Part shown: positions 12,749 to 27,496 of the stretch, piece by piece | Layout of the letters: each line of letters begins with the position of its first letter | How positions within the stretch are numbered: position 1 is the stretch's first letter | Assembly (NCBI RefSeq): GCF_009914755.1 | Contig: NC_060929.1 | Length of the DNA stretch: 64,000 nt | Origin: the human T2T-CHM13v2.0 reference genome, Homo sapiens | Direction: 5' to 3' (one strand) | Notes under the pieces: generated by a model | Seen by the model: the letters and a program-made list of their open reading frames with translations, nothing else | What the model was told of the DNA's origin: nothing | Databases searched by the model: none | Position numbers and translations under genes: made by a program

Positions 12749-13200
12749 ATTTGCAGTGTTCTGCAACCATCAACATGCTCCATCTCTAGAACTGTTTCAT
12801 CATCCCAAAGTGCACCTGTTAAACCCTAACTCCCCATCCCCCTCACTGCTGACCCGGGCAACCATCCTTCTACCTTCTGTCTGTATAAATTTTACGACTC
12901 TGGGTGCCTCATATAAGTGGAATCATACAGTGTTCATGCTTTCATGTCTGACTTATTTCACAGAGCATAATATCAGGTTTATATATCAGCATAATATTTT
13001 CAGGTTCATCCATACCGTAGCATGTATCAGAACTTTCTTTCTTTTGGTGGCTGCATAATATTTCATTGTACATATATACCACATTTCATTTATCCAGTCT
13101 TCATCCATTGATGGACACTTGGGTTGTTTGTACCTTTTGGTTTTTGTGAAGAGTGTTGCTGTGAACATTGGTGTGCAAATGTCTTAGTTCCTGATTTCCA
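12749..13200 (-). mobile_element. L1M (L1MB-like) 3' fragment
   Basis: CATATAAGTGGAATCATACAGT and TCCATTGATGGACACTTGGGTTGTTT. ORF 12986-13168 has L1 ORF2 C-terminal-like residues. Confidence 0.88.
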
Positions 13201-13218
13201 GTTAAAAAAAAAAAAGGA

Positions 13219-13521
13219 GGTCAGGTGCAGCAGCTAATGCTTGTAATCCCAACATCTTGGGAGGCTGAGGCAAGAGGATCATTTGAGCCCAGAATTTCAA
13301 GACAAGCCTGGGCAACATAGTGAGATTTCGTCTGTAAAAATAAATAAATAAATAGAATTAAAAATTAGCTGGGTGTGGAGGCACATGTTTGTAGTTCTAG
13401 CTACCTAGGAGGCTGAGGCAGGAGGGTCACTTGATTCCAGGAGGTCAAGGCTACAGTGAGCAGTGATTGTGCCACTGCACTGCAGCATGGGCAACAGACA
13501 AAGACCCTGTCTCAAAAAAAA
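13219..13521 (+). mobile_element. Alu (AluJ-like)
   Basis: Diverged dimeric Alu with GAGGATCATTTGAGCCCAG and CCTGGGCAACATAG. Confidence 0.92.
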
Positions 13522-13879
13522 GTTTATGTTTATTTGATGATGTATGTCTATCTTCTCCTATAAACTATGCAAACTGCTTGGAGTTTTATACTAAAAAATC
13601 TTCCAGTTTGTTGGGGAAAGAGCCAGGGCATTACACGTTACCTCCCAGAGGAGTACAGTCACGAAAGGAAGCGTCAGAGCTGTGGGAGTTGGGAGAAAGG
13701 AGAACCTAAGTTTTCAGGGTTGGTGGGGGTGGTGAACTTCCAACTATTTATTGAAGGACAAACATCCCTTTCCAGGTGGAGGTGGGGAAGGAGAACAGAG
13801 ACAAATGGAATAGAATATTATCGAACTGTGTAGGTGATTGGATTGGCTTATTAGGAACATCAGGAAAGATGAACTAGGG

Positions 13880-14105
13880 TGGTATTGCCCAGTGTTCAAG
13901 GGTATTGGCTCTAGGTCAGTGCTCTTGGGTTGAAGTCCTTGCTGTACCTACCTTGTCTTTGGGCAAACTGCTTGACCTCTCTGGAACTTGATTTCTCCAT
14001 ATGCATCAGGTGGATCCTAACAGCACTTAGACAGTTGCTGTGAAAATACAATGAGATAAATTGTATCAGGTACGACTCATGATGCCTGGCCTGAAGAAAG
14101 TCCTT
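13880..14105 (+). mobile_element. MIR
   Basis: TTGGGCAAACTGCTTGACCTCTCTG and GTTGCTGTGAAAATACAATGAGATAA. Confidence 0.7.
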
Positions 14106-14479
14106 TTACATGGGGAATTTGCTGCCTTGTGTGAAAGATTCTGGTCCCGATCCTTGGGCGTTGAGTAGCCTTTAAAAGTTTTCAAGCAGGAGTGATGGGC
14201 TGATGGGGTCTTACTGCAGGCAGGGACTGGGGCTCCAACAGAAGGTTAAACTAGCTGTTTTCTCTAGTGGCTTTTGGGATAACACAGGAGAAAAGGCTAA
14301 ACTACTGAATTTCGAGGCAAGTAGGTATGACTGAGCAAGACTTCCAAATCTGACTCATTTTTCCCAAGAACAGCCGGGCAGAGTGTTGGGTTTAATAATT
14401 CATCCAGCACTGGTCATCCTTCATTAATCTCCTTTCCTGTCCTCCAGTGCCCACCACAGTATTAGGCACATAGAAATCC

Positions 14480-14866
14480 TGTCTTAATCTATTTGTGCTG
14501 CTATAACAAAATATCAAATACTGGGTAATTTATAAACAATGGAAATTGATTTCTCCTAGTCCTGGAGGCTGAGAAGTCCAAGATCAAGGGGCCGGCCAGG
14601 TTCAGTGTCTGGTGAGGGCTGTTATCTGGTTCCAAGATGGTGCCTTGACGCTGCAGCCTCTGGAGGGGAGGAACACTGTGTCCTCACGTGGCAGAAGGAC
14701 AGAAGAGCAAAAAGGGGCTGAACTCACTCCCTTGGCCCTTGTATAAGGGCACTGATCCCATCTATGAGGATAGAGCCCTCATAGTCTAATCACCTCCAGA
14801 AGGTGTTGCATTGGGGATTAAGCGAACCTGAGTTTTGGAGAAGACACAAACATTCAAGCCACAGCA
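14480..14866 (-). mobile_element. MaLR solo LTR (MLT1A/MST-like)
   Basis: TGTCTTAATC..TGCTGCTATAACAAAATA through AACATTCAAGCCACAGCA, with TG...CA ends. Confidence 0.88.
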
Positions 14867-16094
14867 GGCCCCACATAAACACTGCATGGACCAGAATAAT
14901 TCTACAGTCATACCTTTCTTCGTCACATCCTCCCTCCCTCCCCTGCTCTCTTCTCTTTGCTTCTAACAAGGTGTCTGATGACAGCCTGAAGGATTACGGG
15001 CTGGAAGTGAACATGTGCCAGTTGAAAACCTAGAAACAGAAAGCATGCACCAGGAATCTCAAAGCCCCGAGCTTTTACGACCTCTGAAAGACCAGCAGCA
15101 CTCCCTTACCAAAGACTTCCACTCTGTGCCTCGGCTTTAAGAATCAGTCTCATGAAAGCCGTTTCCAACAAGCATTTAAAATCATCCATCCAAAAGATAA
15201 CTAAATCATGGCCATTCATTGCTCTCAGCCCATCACACTGCAATGAAAACATGTATTTAACTGAGAAAACACTGCGCCTCCCCTCTCCCTGGCCTCTGTC
15301 CCCTTTCTTCTCCCTTTCTTTGAGGGCTCAAAATGTTATGATTCATCTCAGCGCTGCTCAGTGCTGCAGTGAATTACAGGCCCCAAAGATTTCCAAACCC
15401 GGAGGGGTGCAGGGAGGGAACGGCCCCCAGTGCATCCCCGGCATTCTCTCTCCAGCCAACTGTGTTTGTGCCTTGACTCCTTTTGATCATTGCTTATAAC
15501 AGTAGCCAAGCAGAGGAAATTAAGCTTTTGTATTTAAACTAATCCATGACCCTGGATAATTTGTAAGAGACATCTATGAGGGGTTAAAAATGAGCCTCCA
15601 ACTGCTTGATGTGGAGACATCCAGACGCACCAATGGCTCTCTTGGTGGGATCACAGAATTTCAGTGCTGAATGAAAGGATGTCAGAGCATGCGGTGTCCT
15701 TTGGGGACATCTGTCTAGTCCAACTTTCTTGGTTTTAATGGAGAAACTGAGGCCCAGATAGGGGAAGGGACCTGTCTAGAACAATGTAGGGAGTGTGTGG
15801 CTGGGTAGGGATTTACTGCCGGATTTCTGACTCCCTGTACTAGGAGAATGAGAGAGTTGAGAGCAGTGTTGTTCTGAAGTACCCACTAACCGATGGCTCC
15901 TGTCAGATGGACATTGCATGTGCCTGTCCTCTGAGGTGACACTTCAGACCAGCATGCCGTGCTGTCTTCAAGAGAAGCACCAGCCCCTGGTTGAATGCTA
16001 CAGTACAGTTTTATTTTTCAAAGGTTTTTATATAGGGGGGTAAGGATCTAACGAAGAGACTAAGGGTTTGAGCTGTAGGGTCAGAGCATGTGTA

Positions 16095-16390
16095 TTTTTT
16101 TTTTTTTTTTTGAGACTGTCTCTTGCTCTATACCCATGCTGGAGTGCAGTGGTAGCTTACTGCAGCCTCGACCATTCAGGCTCAAGCGTTCCCCCCACCT
16201 CACCCTCCCAAGTAGCTGGGACCATAGGTGCACACCACTACACTCAGCTATTAATAATTTTTGTATTTATTGTAGAGACAGGGTCTCCCTATGTTGCCCA
16301 GGCTGGTCTTGAAGTTCTGGGCTCAAGCAATCCTCCTGTCTCAGCCTCCCAAAGTGTTGGGATTACAGGTGTGAGCCACTGGGCCCAGCC
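16095..16390 (-). mobile_element. Alu (AluJ-like)
   Basis: TSD AGAGCATGTGTAT at 16083-16095 and 16391-16403. Confidence 0.95.
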
Positions 16391-17059
16391 AGAGCATGTG
16401 TATCCTCTGTGTCTCAGTCTCCTGGGGTAATAGCAGAACCCATCTCATGGGGTTGCTTGTAAGCATGAAAGAAGTTAATTGTGGTAAAACGCCAACCTCA
16501 AGAAATGTGAACTGTCACTATCATTTCCATTTGTCACAGAGGACAGCCAGTAAACAGCAAGTACGTGCTTATAAATGCCAGGACCTTTAAGCCCAGTCTT
16601 AGCTTCCCGCACCAGCTTACAATGCCCCGAGTAAAAGACTCTAAATGGGGAGCATCAGAGACACTGGCTTTGAGTCCCAGTCCCACTATGAACCAGCTAT
16701 CTGACCCCGGGCAAGAGTATCAGCTCTCTCTGCCTCAGTGTTCTCATCTGTAAAATGGAAACATTAGCCCTGGCCTTCCACTTGAGAAGCACTGATTCAT
16801 TCATTCAGTATCTACAGATCACTTACTCAGCGCCAGGTACACGGAACAACAAAACACAGATGCTACTACTGTGGAGCTCACATTCTAGCAGAGGAAACAG
16901 TGCAAGGAAATTCATAAACACAAATGAACACGTTCTTTATTTATGTGAAATCAGCCATAAGTTACATGGAATGTATGAGCCTCCCCTTTTATAAGCGTTT
17001 GTTGACTCCCAAATGTCTCTTCTAATGAACAGAAACTGATACTTAAAAAGTTTGTTTTC

Positions 17060-18300
17060 CTTCATTTTTTATTATGGAAAATTTCGAACATATACAAAGG
17101 AGAGAGAATTATATTAAAAACTCCTACTTACCATCACCCCATTTTGCCAGTGATCAATTTATGTCTAACCTTGTTACATCTAAACCACTCTCACCCACTT
17201 CTCTCTTCCAGGATTATTTTGAAGCAAATCTCTGAAGTTATATGATTTAATTCATATACATTTTAGCATTTATCTCTAAAAAATAAAAAAACATTGTAAA
17301 AAAAGTAAGCATACTATCATTATCCCATCAAAAAATTAGCAAAAATTCCTTAATATCATTAAACATGCAGGCAGTATTTAAATTTCCTTGTTCATCTTAT
17401 AATTTAAAAAATTACATATTATTGAAATTAGCATGGAAAGAAAGTCCATTAGGAACTGTTGATGTCTCAAAGTTTCTTTTAATGTGTTGGGTTTCCTTCT
17501 CCCTCTCCTTTTTTTCTTGCAATATACGTGTTGATAAAACTAGAACTTTTGCCTGTATGTGTTCCTGGAATCTGAATCCCTGAGAAATAATTTAGCATTT
17601 TCCTCTGTCACCTGTAATCCTCCTAAATTGTCAGATCTAGAAGCTTGATCAGATGAAGGTTTTGGAAACGTGATTTTATGGATGGCATTATGTTCTTCCA
17701 TCACAGGGCACTTAATAGCTGGTTTTCTCTCTTTTGGTTGTTTAAAGTTGTTGATGATCGATTCGATTCCTAGATCCATTTCTTCATTAGGGGTTGTGAA
17801 ATAGCAACATCCTAATTCTATCATTCTCCACTCCTTTATTAGCCCTGATAGGTCTATAAAGAAAAACTTCTCTCCATCAACAATTTGGTTGCCCTGAGGG
17901 ATAGTCGGTGTGTGAAAGAGAGGAGGAATGTTGATCCTTTCTGTTCAGTTATCATTTCTCAAAAGAATGAGTTGGTTCTACAGCCTTCTCCAAAGGACAA
18001 TGGGTTCATGGCTTTAAACATATTTTATGTGTTTCGATCCATTCCAGTCATTTTCTTGTTGATGAGTAAATGCCCCCCTCGTTGTCCAACACAAGCTTTT
18101 CCAAGTTGGCTCCCGTGTTTTTAATATAACGTCAATAATCTTCGAAAGCCCCTTTGCTTTCTGGTAAAAGGTGATCTAGGCCTACCTTGTATATTTCCTG
18201 CCCCAGACAAGGGATCAACCATTTCTCCAAATGAGTGCTGGTCCCTTTAAGTGGGAAATGGAGTTCGAGGCTGCCATCGGGGCACTAGAGGTGCTCCTTG
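17060..18300 (-). mobile_element. Old L1 (L1MC-like) 3' region
   Basis: TTTTATTATGGAAAATTT..AACATATACAAA, GATTATTTTGAAGCAAATC and ATCAACCATTTCTCCAA. Confidence 0.7.
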
Positions 18301-18759
18301 CTTGGTCCTGGGCTTCCTGTAGACAGGAATGGGGTAGATATAGTCCCTGTCTTCCTGGCTCTCTAATCAGACATGGAAGACAGGAGTGGAGCACATAGTG
18401 GGAGAGGTGTTAGGTGCTAGGGAGGGCAAGTTTAGAGTGCCATGCCAGTGTTAGCAGATGGTCTAGTCAGGACAAGTGCTCAGAGGAGACTTCTGGAGAA
18501 AAAGAGGGGGGAGAATTGGGACAAGAGGGGAGCTACTTCCTGCTCAGCCAGTAACTAGATTTCCAGCCTCAGGGGGAGGATTAAATGAGGTGGGATGTGA
18601 AACTGATCTGTAAAATGTACCATTCTAGACAATAATCCTCTAGTGGTGGAATTTAAAACACCCAATCTGCGGGAAAGAATTTACTACCAGTGGGCCAACA
18701 TTGGCACCGTTCAAATCAAAGTGGGGAGACTGTGTTCATGTCACAATCGCTAATGAGAC

Positions 18760-19510
18760 AAACATTTTCCACTTTAGTCTCCACGACAACTCCATGGGGC
18801 AAAGACTAACATTATGCCCATTTAATAGATGAGGAGTCTGAGGCTCCCATGAGGTTAAGGAAGTTGCTCGAGGTCACCCAACTAGTAAGTAGTGGAGATG
18901 AGATTTGAACCCAGGACTATTCTTATGTTGGAGATCAGTCTCTTAACCATTCTGCTGTGCTCCACGACCTTGGAGGCCCCTTTTAAAGGGGTTCAAAGTT
19001 CCTTGCTTCTCAAGCTGCTGGGAGTCTTAATCTTAACCTTCACCTCTTATCTTACTGTTGGCCACATTGCTCCCCTGTTCTCAGCTCCCAGTAAGACTTG
19101 AAATTGCATCCTGGCCCTTAGAATCTGCAACAGAGCAAGCTTCTTCACCTGTTTGTTTCTCTCTGAGCCTCAGTTTCCTTATCTGTGACGTAGGGATAAT
19201 AATATTCATTGGTACAGTTATTGGGATGATGGAAAGACGTGATCTATGTAAAGCATTTAACACACTGAGTGTTCAATAAATTGCAGTTACTGTTAGAAAT
19301 AATGAACCAATCAATAGCTCACATGTATTCCATCATTTGATGGCCACAACCGGAGTGGTAGGAATATCATTATCCCTAGTTTACAGAGGAGAAAACCGAA
19401 ATACAGTAGGTGGGATTCCTGTGTCCAAGGCCACATATAAGTTAGTGGTAGCAGCAGCACTTGAACCCAGACAGAGCCTTTGGGCTTGAACACCACACTT
19501 TGCTGCCTTA
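18760..19510. mobile_element. MIR cluster (both orientations)
   Basis: GATGAGGA..CTGAGGCTC...GAGGTTAAG, and CTCTGAGCCTCAGTTTCCTTATCTGT. Confidence 0.7.
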
Positions 19511-20379
19511 ATAAGAATCTTGTCCAGCAGCTGCCCGCCATGTCAGCCTTGGGGGCTTGTCACTAGCTCCCACCTTGCTCAAAGAAAGTGGAGCACTGCC
19601 CAGAGATGGAAGTACCTGCTTCCAGAGGCTCGTTGCAGGGTGATAAGGTGACCCACCACTGATTCCCACTCTGAAACCCTCAACAGCCCAGAGTGGATGT
19701 CTTGCTCAACCTGACGCTGAACCAGGGGCACTGAGTTCAGTAATTACCAGTTTAGTAAATTGCCTTCCTTCTTATGGAGCACAAAATAAGAACATTGGCA
19801 TCCCTTTAGTGCGGATCCTGAGAGAAGGATGGTTTTTAAAAATTAACTTTGTATGCAAAACTTTGTGTTAAGCCACACATTGTAACACCACCAGGAGAGA
19901 CAGAAGGAAGAGCACAAGGGCCATGTTGGCGTTTCATCAGCAAGCTGCCAAGTTGCCCCCCACACCCCCACTTTTCTCTCTCTTTTTTTTTTTTTTCCAG
20001 AGCTCTATTTCTTCAATCAGACTTTATTAAGAACATAGGTTTGAGTCTACAGGAACAAATTCTTCTGGCTCTTTAAGGAACATATTTGAAGGGGAGGGAG
20101 TTATTAGGCTGCATTACTGCATAAATGATACAACATGCTTACCAGCATGAATCATCCGACCTAGAGTGACAAAAAAAAAAAAAAAAAAAAGAGCTTGAAA
20201 ACTAAGCACAGCCAAAATATTGGCAGGCCCCAGCTACACGGGCCAGATTTCATCTCTTTTAAATCAAAAACATAAAAATAAAAATAAATTAAATTTCAGT
20301 CTCATGGTAACAATTCCCATGGAGGAAGGCTGAAGTATTTTGTCTGCACCCCTCCTGCCCCCTTCCGAATCACAGACTC

Positions 20380-21260
20380 CCCGCAGTCAGAGATGGCGAA
20401 GCCTCCACCGGGTCACCTCGGCCGGCCCCCGGGCTCCCCCGACCCCGCCCTGGCAGCGCCCCCCGCCGCGAGCTCCCGGGGCGGAGGAGCCGGCTCGGCT
20501 TTGATTAGCAACACTTGCGGGGGCCGCGGCGCACCCTGACAGCCCGGCAGCTCCGCGCCAAAATGGATGGGTCTCGGGCGGCGAGGGCACGGATACAAAT
20601 GCGCCGCCGCGTTCTCAGGTACACAAATGCGGCCTCGGGCGGGCGCTGGTTCCCAGGCGCACGGAGGCGGCGGCCCCTTCAACTCGGGGCGCGGGCGGGA
20701 GCGGAACCCGCGTTAATTACTGTACGTTTCCACTGTAAAGAGTGTCAGCCGGGGAGCGGGGCCGCCGCGCCTGCCCGGCCCCGGCGCACAAAAGCTTCAT
20801 ATATTCTGAATGAAGGCGAATCGCAGCCTCGGCCTCCTTGAAAAGAGCCGTGAGGGAGACTTAATTCTCTCCCTTTCAGCTGTGCTCAGACTGTGAAATC
20901 CACACAATCGCGCCCTTCTCTTTAAAGGGAGGGAGAAGAGGGGCCGCGGCCGCGCGCCCCGCCATCAGCTGCGCGCACAGAGGGAGAGTTCACTCCGGGG
21001 ACAAGGGCGGCGCGACCGGCCCGGGGCTCTTGGGCGGCCGCGTTTCCCCTCCCACCGGCTGCAGCCCCCTTCTCCCGCGGCACTTTCCGGCGTCTTTTGT
21101 GGGGCGAGTCCTGGCGAGGGTGTCCGCCGTCAGGTGCACAGGCCCCGTGCTCCCCTCTGTTCGGCAGGAGATCGGGGACTTCCACAGGCGGGCTGGGTCT
21201 GTTCCCAGGACCAGAGGTTCTGGGTGGAGCTGTCCTGGGCTCCCGGCCTCCCCAGAGGCC
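20380..21260. promoter_or_regulatory. CpG island (orphan, hosts MIR4634)
   Basis: About 900 bp of very high GC/CpG. TCF site GCTTTGAT (~20499), GTTAATTAC (~20712), and twin ACAAATGCG at 20595 and 20623. Confidence 0.88.
20999..21052 (+). ncRNA. MIR4634: hsa-mir-4634 precursor hairpin (mature ~21008-21026)
   Basis: GGACAAGGGCGGCGCGACCGGCCCGGGGCTCTTGGGCGGCCGCGTTTCCCCTCC matches my recollection of the miRBase stem-loop. Arms pair (GGCGCG/CGCGTT, GCCCGGG/CTTGGGC). Confidence 0.85.
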
Positions 21261-21450
21261 TGGCTACACCCAGTTCGTGAAGCTCCTTCAGTAATGAAAA
21301 AATAATGAAAAGAAAAATGCCAGGAACAAGTACAAATAGATTACACTAAGTGCAAAGTATTGGTGTTGAAAGCTTGATGCTTTTTAACAAACATGTAAGC
21401 TCAATGCATGTGACACAAGATTATTACAAGATTTAGGAAAAATAGGTATA

Positions 21451-21824
21451 CAGTCATGTGTCGCTTAATGACTGGGATACATCCTGAGAAATGTGTCCTT
21501 CGGCAGTTTTGTTGGCGAGCATCATAGTGTGTACTTACACAAACCTAGCCGGTATAGCCTACTACACACCTTAGACTCTAAGCTGTAGCCTAATGCTTCT
21601 AGGCTACAAACCTGTACCGCAGGTTACATTCCTGAATACTGTAGGCAACTGTAACACAATGGTATTTGTGTATCTAAACATAGAAAAGGTATAGTAAAAA
21701 TACAGGGTAAAAGGTAAAAAACAAACAAACAAACAAAAAAACCCTGTATAGGGCAGGTCCATTATTATCCTATGGGACCACTGTCATATATGCGGCCTGA
21801 AACAGCCTTATGCAGCCATGATTG
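21451..21824 (+). mobile_element. Tigger3/MER7-type non-autonomous DNA transposon
   Basis: TIR-like ends CAGTCATGTGTCGCTTAA ... TTATGCAGCCATGATTG flanked by TA. Confidence 0.88.
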
Positions 21825-22762
21825 TATATTAATTTCCTTGTGGGTCCTAGGTGCCTGCTCAGCAAAGGGGACCCAGGTTTGAGCCCTGTGACGAATCACA
21901 TCCTTTTCCAGAATCTCTGCAACTGATTATGTAACCCTATTTGGGGAGAATATCTCAGTGATAAAGTGGACTGTGAACCTGAACCTTGGGACAAATGTCC
22001 TCCGGGCCCACTCTTTGTAGCCCTGAGGTTCAGGCTGCTCTGAGGCATGTGATAATCTACAACTGCTTCAGCTCCTGAGTTCCAGTATTATAAAACTTGA
22101 CAGGATCTTAGCAGTTTACCTGGTTACCGACCTAGTGCTGTGACTTTTCTGTCATTCTCTCCTTGTCTCCCTTTCAGTCGGCAAAGCTGGGGACAAAATA
22201 GGATGACCCTGGAGCCACCTTGGAGTATGACTGTTACCTTAATACCTGAAGTGTATAGAACACACCATTTGTAGCTTGGCTTTAAGAAATTAGGGGGAAA
22301 GGTGCATCCATCCCCAGTGAGTCCCGCTGGGTTCCCATGCTTTTCCTTGGAAGAAGGGAGCAAACATTTTCAATGACATCTACTATTTTAGTATCTATCA
22401 TGAGCTGAGCACTGAGAATGGATTATGTTCACAAAACCCGTAGGAGGTAGGTACTATTGGGGCCAAAGAGGGTGAAGGATCGTCTAAACATCGCAGTCAA
22501 TAAATGGTGGGGGTGGGTTTGAACCCCAGTGGAAATGATTCCCAAGTTCTTTTTGATTATGTCCAGGGCCTCTTTATCCTCGACTAGCAGGGCTGGGCCT
22601 ATCACACGCTTCCTACCACTCCATCACTACAAACCCGTTGAGACAGGTGTTTTTCTGGGTCCTCTTCTTTCCATTTAACATATAAAGAAATTGAGGGTTC
22701 CAGATGATTATACAGCTTAAGGGCACCCAGTAAAGAGCAGAGACGAAGCCTGTGCTCTTTGC

Positions 22763-22801
22763 CGTGTGTATGTGTGTGTGCGTGTGCGTGTGTGTGTGTG
22801 T
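22763..22801. repeat. (TG)n microsatellite
   Basis: Interrupted TG/CG alternating run. Confidence 0.9.
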
Positions 22802-23564
22802 AGGGAGGGAGGGCTGTAGTATAGAAGACTGACCCTATCCCTAAAAATTCTGATTCTGTAAGTCTGGTGTATTATTCAAGCTCAAAAACAACCAACTTCA
22901 CAGACTAATCTTAACACTTGCATGTGAAACTGCCAAAATTGCAAACACCTGCCATCTGCAGAATGAATCCTGGGGTTCCAAGGCACCCTCTTGAGGAAAG
23001 ATTCAGTGAACTGAACTCATGGGTCCCTGAGGGCTCTTTCAAGGAGCCCCTTTTTTGGAATCCCCATTGGGTAGCTCAGAACAAAGGCCCTCTCTGGAGA
23101 AGGTGACTGTGCATTCCCCCAGTGCCTAGATTTGCGTGGATTTCTGTGCAGCTTGTGGATTCGAGCAGATCTCTGGGGTCTTCTGTAGCTGGATGGGTGT
23201 GGTGTGTAGAACAGGCAGCAGAAGCTCAGGAGCCATTAGTGCTGGGCCGGGGAACTCAGGGGCAAACCTACGGCTCACCTACCTTCTTAATCCCCTAGAC
23301 TAGCCGTTGGCTATATGGTGACATATAGGACACCCACAGATCCCTATCATTCAATGACATATATTTATTATTGTTTATTAAGAAAAATTGGAAGACAAGA
23401 TTTTACAGAAGAATGTATAAATTATCTTCAGGCCCATCATCCAGGAAACTTCAGTTAATAGTTTGGTATGTTTCTTCCTGGTCTGCTGAAGAGTGGGTGC
23501 AAGAGCCCAGACTATCTGGGTCCTAATCATGCTCTTTATTAGCTGAATGACCTTGGGCAGATTT

Positions 23565-25165
<1,601 letters not shown>

Positions 25166-25802
25166 AAATACGTTATTTGAAAGTAACTTCCCCCATTCTT
25201 GAGTGGCGTCTTAACCTTGTGTGCTTCCATTTCCTCATCTGAAAAATAGCAATAGCTACATTATAGGCAAGTTGTAGGGATTAGATGAGAGGATTAATTT
25301 GTGGCAGTTAGCATAGTGCCTGGTATGTAGTTAAGTGCTCAAGAAATGTTAGTTGTGTATATACAGGCATCATTCTGAAATAAATTGGGCTCATAGTCTT
25401 CAATTTGAGATTATGAGTATCTTTTCATGGTACTGTATATTTTCGACAATGTGCTGATTTTTAATGATGGTCTAGTAGTCTGTCATTAGAATGAGACATA
25501 ATTAAACAATCCCCTATTTTTAGGTGTTTAGGTCTCCACTCAATTCCCATTTAAATCCTCTCGGTTTTGTCAAATTGTCGGTGCTTCATTTGTTCCCCCT
25601 AGTTTGATGCAGGCTGGGTAAGTATAATAATACAACAAAATCAGCCGACTCATAATTTTAAACATAAAACAGTGAACAACTTTAATAAGAAGATGAAACT
25701 TTCTCAGATACATGAACATTTTACATGGACAGATTCACATATATTACACACATGCACATATACACACACAGAGGTAGCCGGCTTCCACGATGGCCCCAGT
25801 GA

Positions 25803-26167
<365 letters not shown>

Positions 26168-26368
26168 TCCATAACTTGCTTCTAATGAACAGAATAAGGT
26201 GGAAGGACCAGGTCACGCAAGGCGGTGTGGCATCATCGCACCTTAGGAACATGTGTGCGCAGACACACAGAATTTATATTTTGGCACATGGTCACAGGTC
26301 TCAGATGCTTGCTTGTTGATCTAATGCTTAGAAAATAATGAAGTATAATGTTTTATTTTTGTTACTGC

Positions 26369-26661
26369 TTTTTTTTTTTTTTTTTTTTTTTGAGACAGAG
26401 TCTTGCTCTGTCATTCAGGCTGGAGTTGCAATGACGTGATCTCAGCTCACTGCAACTTCCGCCTCCCAGGTTCAAGCAATCCTTCTGCCTCAGCCTCCTG
26501 AGTAGCTGAGATTACAGACAGTCGCCATCATGCCTATATTTTTGTAGAGACAGGGTTTCACCATGTTGCCAGGCTGGTCTTGAACTCCTGACCTCAGGTG
26601 ATCCACTTGCCTTGGCCTCCCAAAGTTCTGGGATTACAGGCATGAGTCACTGAGCCCGGCC
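26369..26661 (-). mobile_element. Alu
   Basis: TSD TTGTTACTGCTTTT on both sides. Confidence 0.95.
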
Positions 26662-27281
26662 TTGTTACTGCTTTTGTAACATCTGGAATATGAAAAGGTA
26701 AGATGTGTTGCTTATGTTAACACAATTCAAGGACCTTGGCACTGTCAGCGTACACTAGTTGTCTAGCAGACATCACTTTACTCCATGGATGCATTCCCAG
26801 AACACTACATGAGGGAATACTGGCATTTTTGGAAATTGAATCATGCTTAACATTGATGAGGACTGCTAGCCAAAGGAGCCTATAGTGAGCACTTTTGTAC
26901 CTGGAATAAATTTGGTAAATAAAGAGGCATTTCCTGACTTGTCAATATTACAATTTCAACATATTCTGTTTTCTTTAGGTAGATACAACTGCATCATTCC
27001 TATTGTCATTATCATTTTCTTGACTTTAACAAAATTCACAGGTTTCAGTCAGATTTCCATAAATAGGGAGTTCCAATGATAGTAAAAAAGGTATGGACAG
27101 AAACAAGATTCTGACATCACACACCCTTCCTGAGGAGGAAAACTGCAGGATATCAACAGGTAAATGAACTTACACTTCTAGAGAAAACACTATGGGGCCC
27201 GGGCATGTGAGATTTGTGGTAGAACCATCTTGAACTGATTTCTCCAACTGCAGGCCAGGCATAGGGCCCCACGAGATCCAG

Positions 27282-27365
27282 GTAAATGTGAGATACTTGC
27301 TTGTTATAAGTAAATGTGAGATACTGGCTTGTTTTAAGTAAATGTGAGATACTAGCTTGTTATAA
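27282..27365. repeat. 28-bp tandem repeat, 3 copies
   Basis: GTAAATGTGAGATACT(T/G/A)GCTTGTT(A/T)TAA starts at 27282, 27310 and 27338. Confidence 0.95.
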
Positions 27366-27369
27366 TACC

Positions 27370-27496
27370 GATTGCAGGGCCTCACCTCCAGGGTTTCTGA
27401 TTCAGTAGGTCTGGGATGGGGTCTGAGAATTTGTATTTCTAGAATGTTCCCAGGTGACACTGATGCTGCTGGTCGTGGACCACACTGAGAACTGCT
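27370..27496. mobile_element. MER5A fragment
   Basis: GTTTCTGATTCAGTAGGTCTGGG...GAGAATTTG.ATTTCTA...GATGCTGCTGGT. Confidence 0.85.

Noticed and set aside
10175-13058. Very long ORFs (958, 863, 856 and 621 aa) on both strands
   Set aside because: Pure C/T or G/A sequence cannot form stop codons. Products are PPSL/GGRE repeats open in most frames, with no gene context.
20448-20470. CTCF-like motif
   Set aside because: Mismatches at core positions, and such matches are common in GC-rich DNA.
20387-21305. Overlapping Arg/Gly/Pro/Ala-rich ORFs in the CpG island
   Set aside because: Expected from stop-codon scarcity in GC-rich DNA. No recognisable domain or exon structure.
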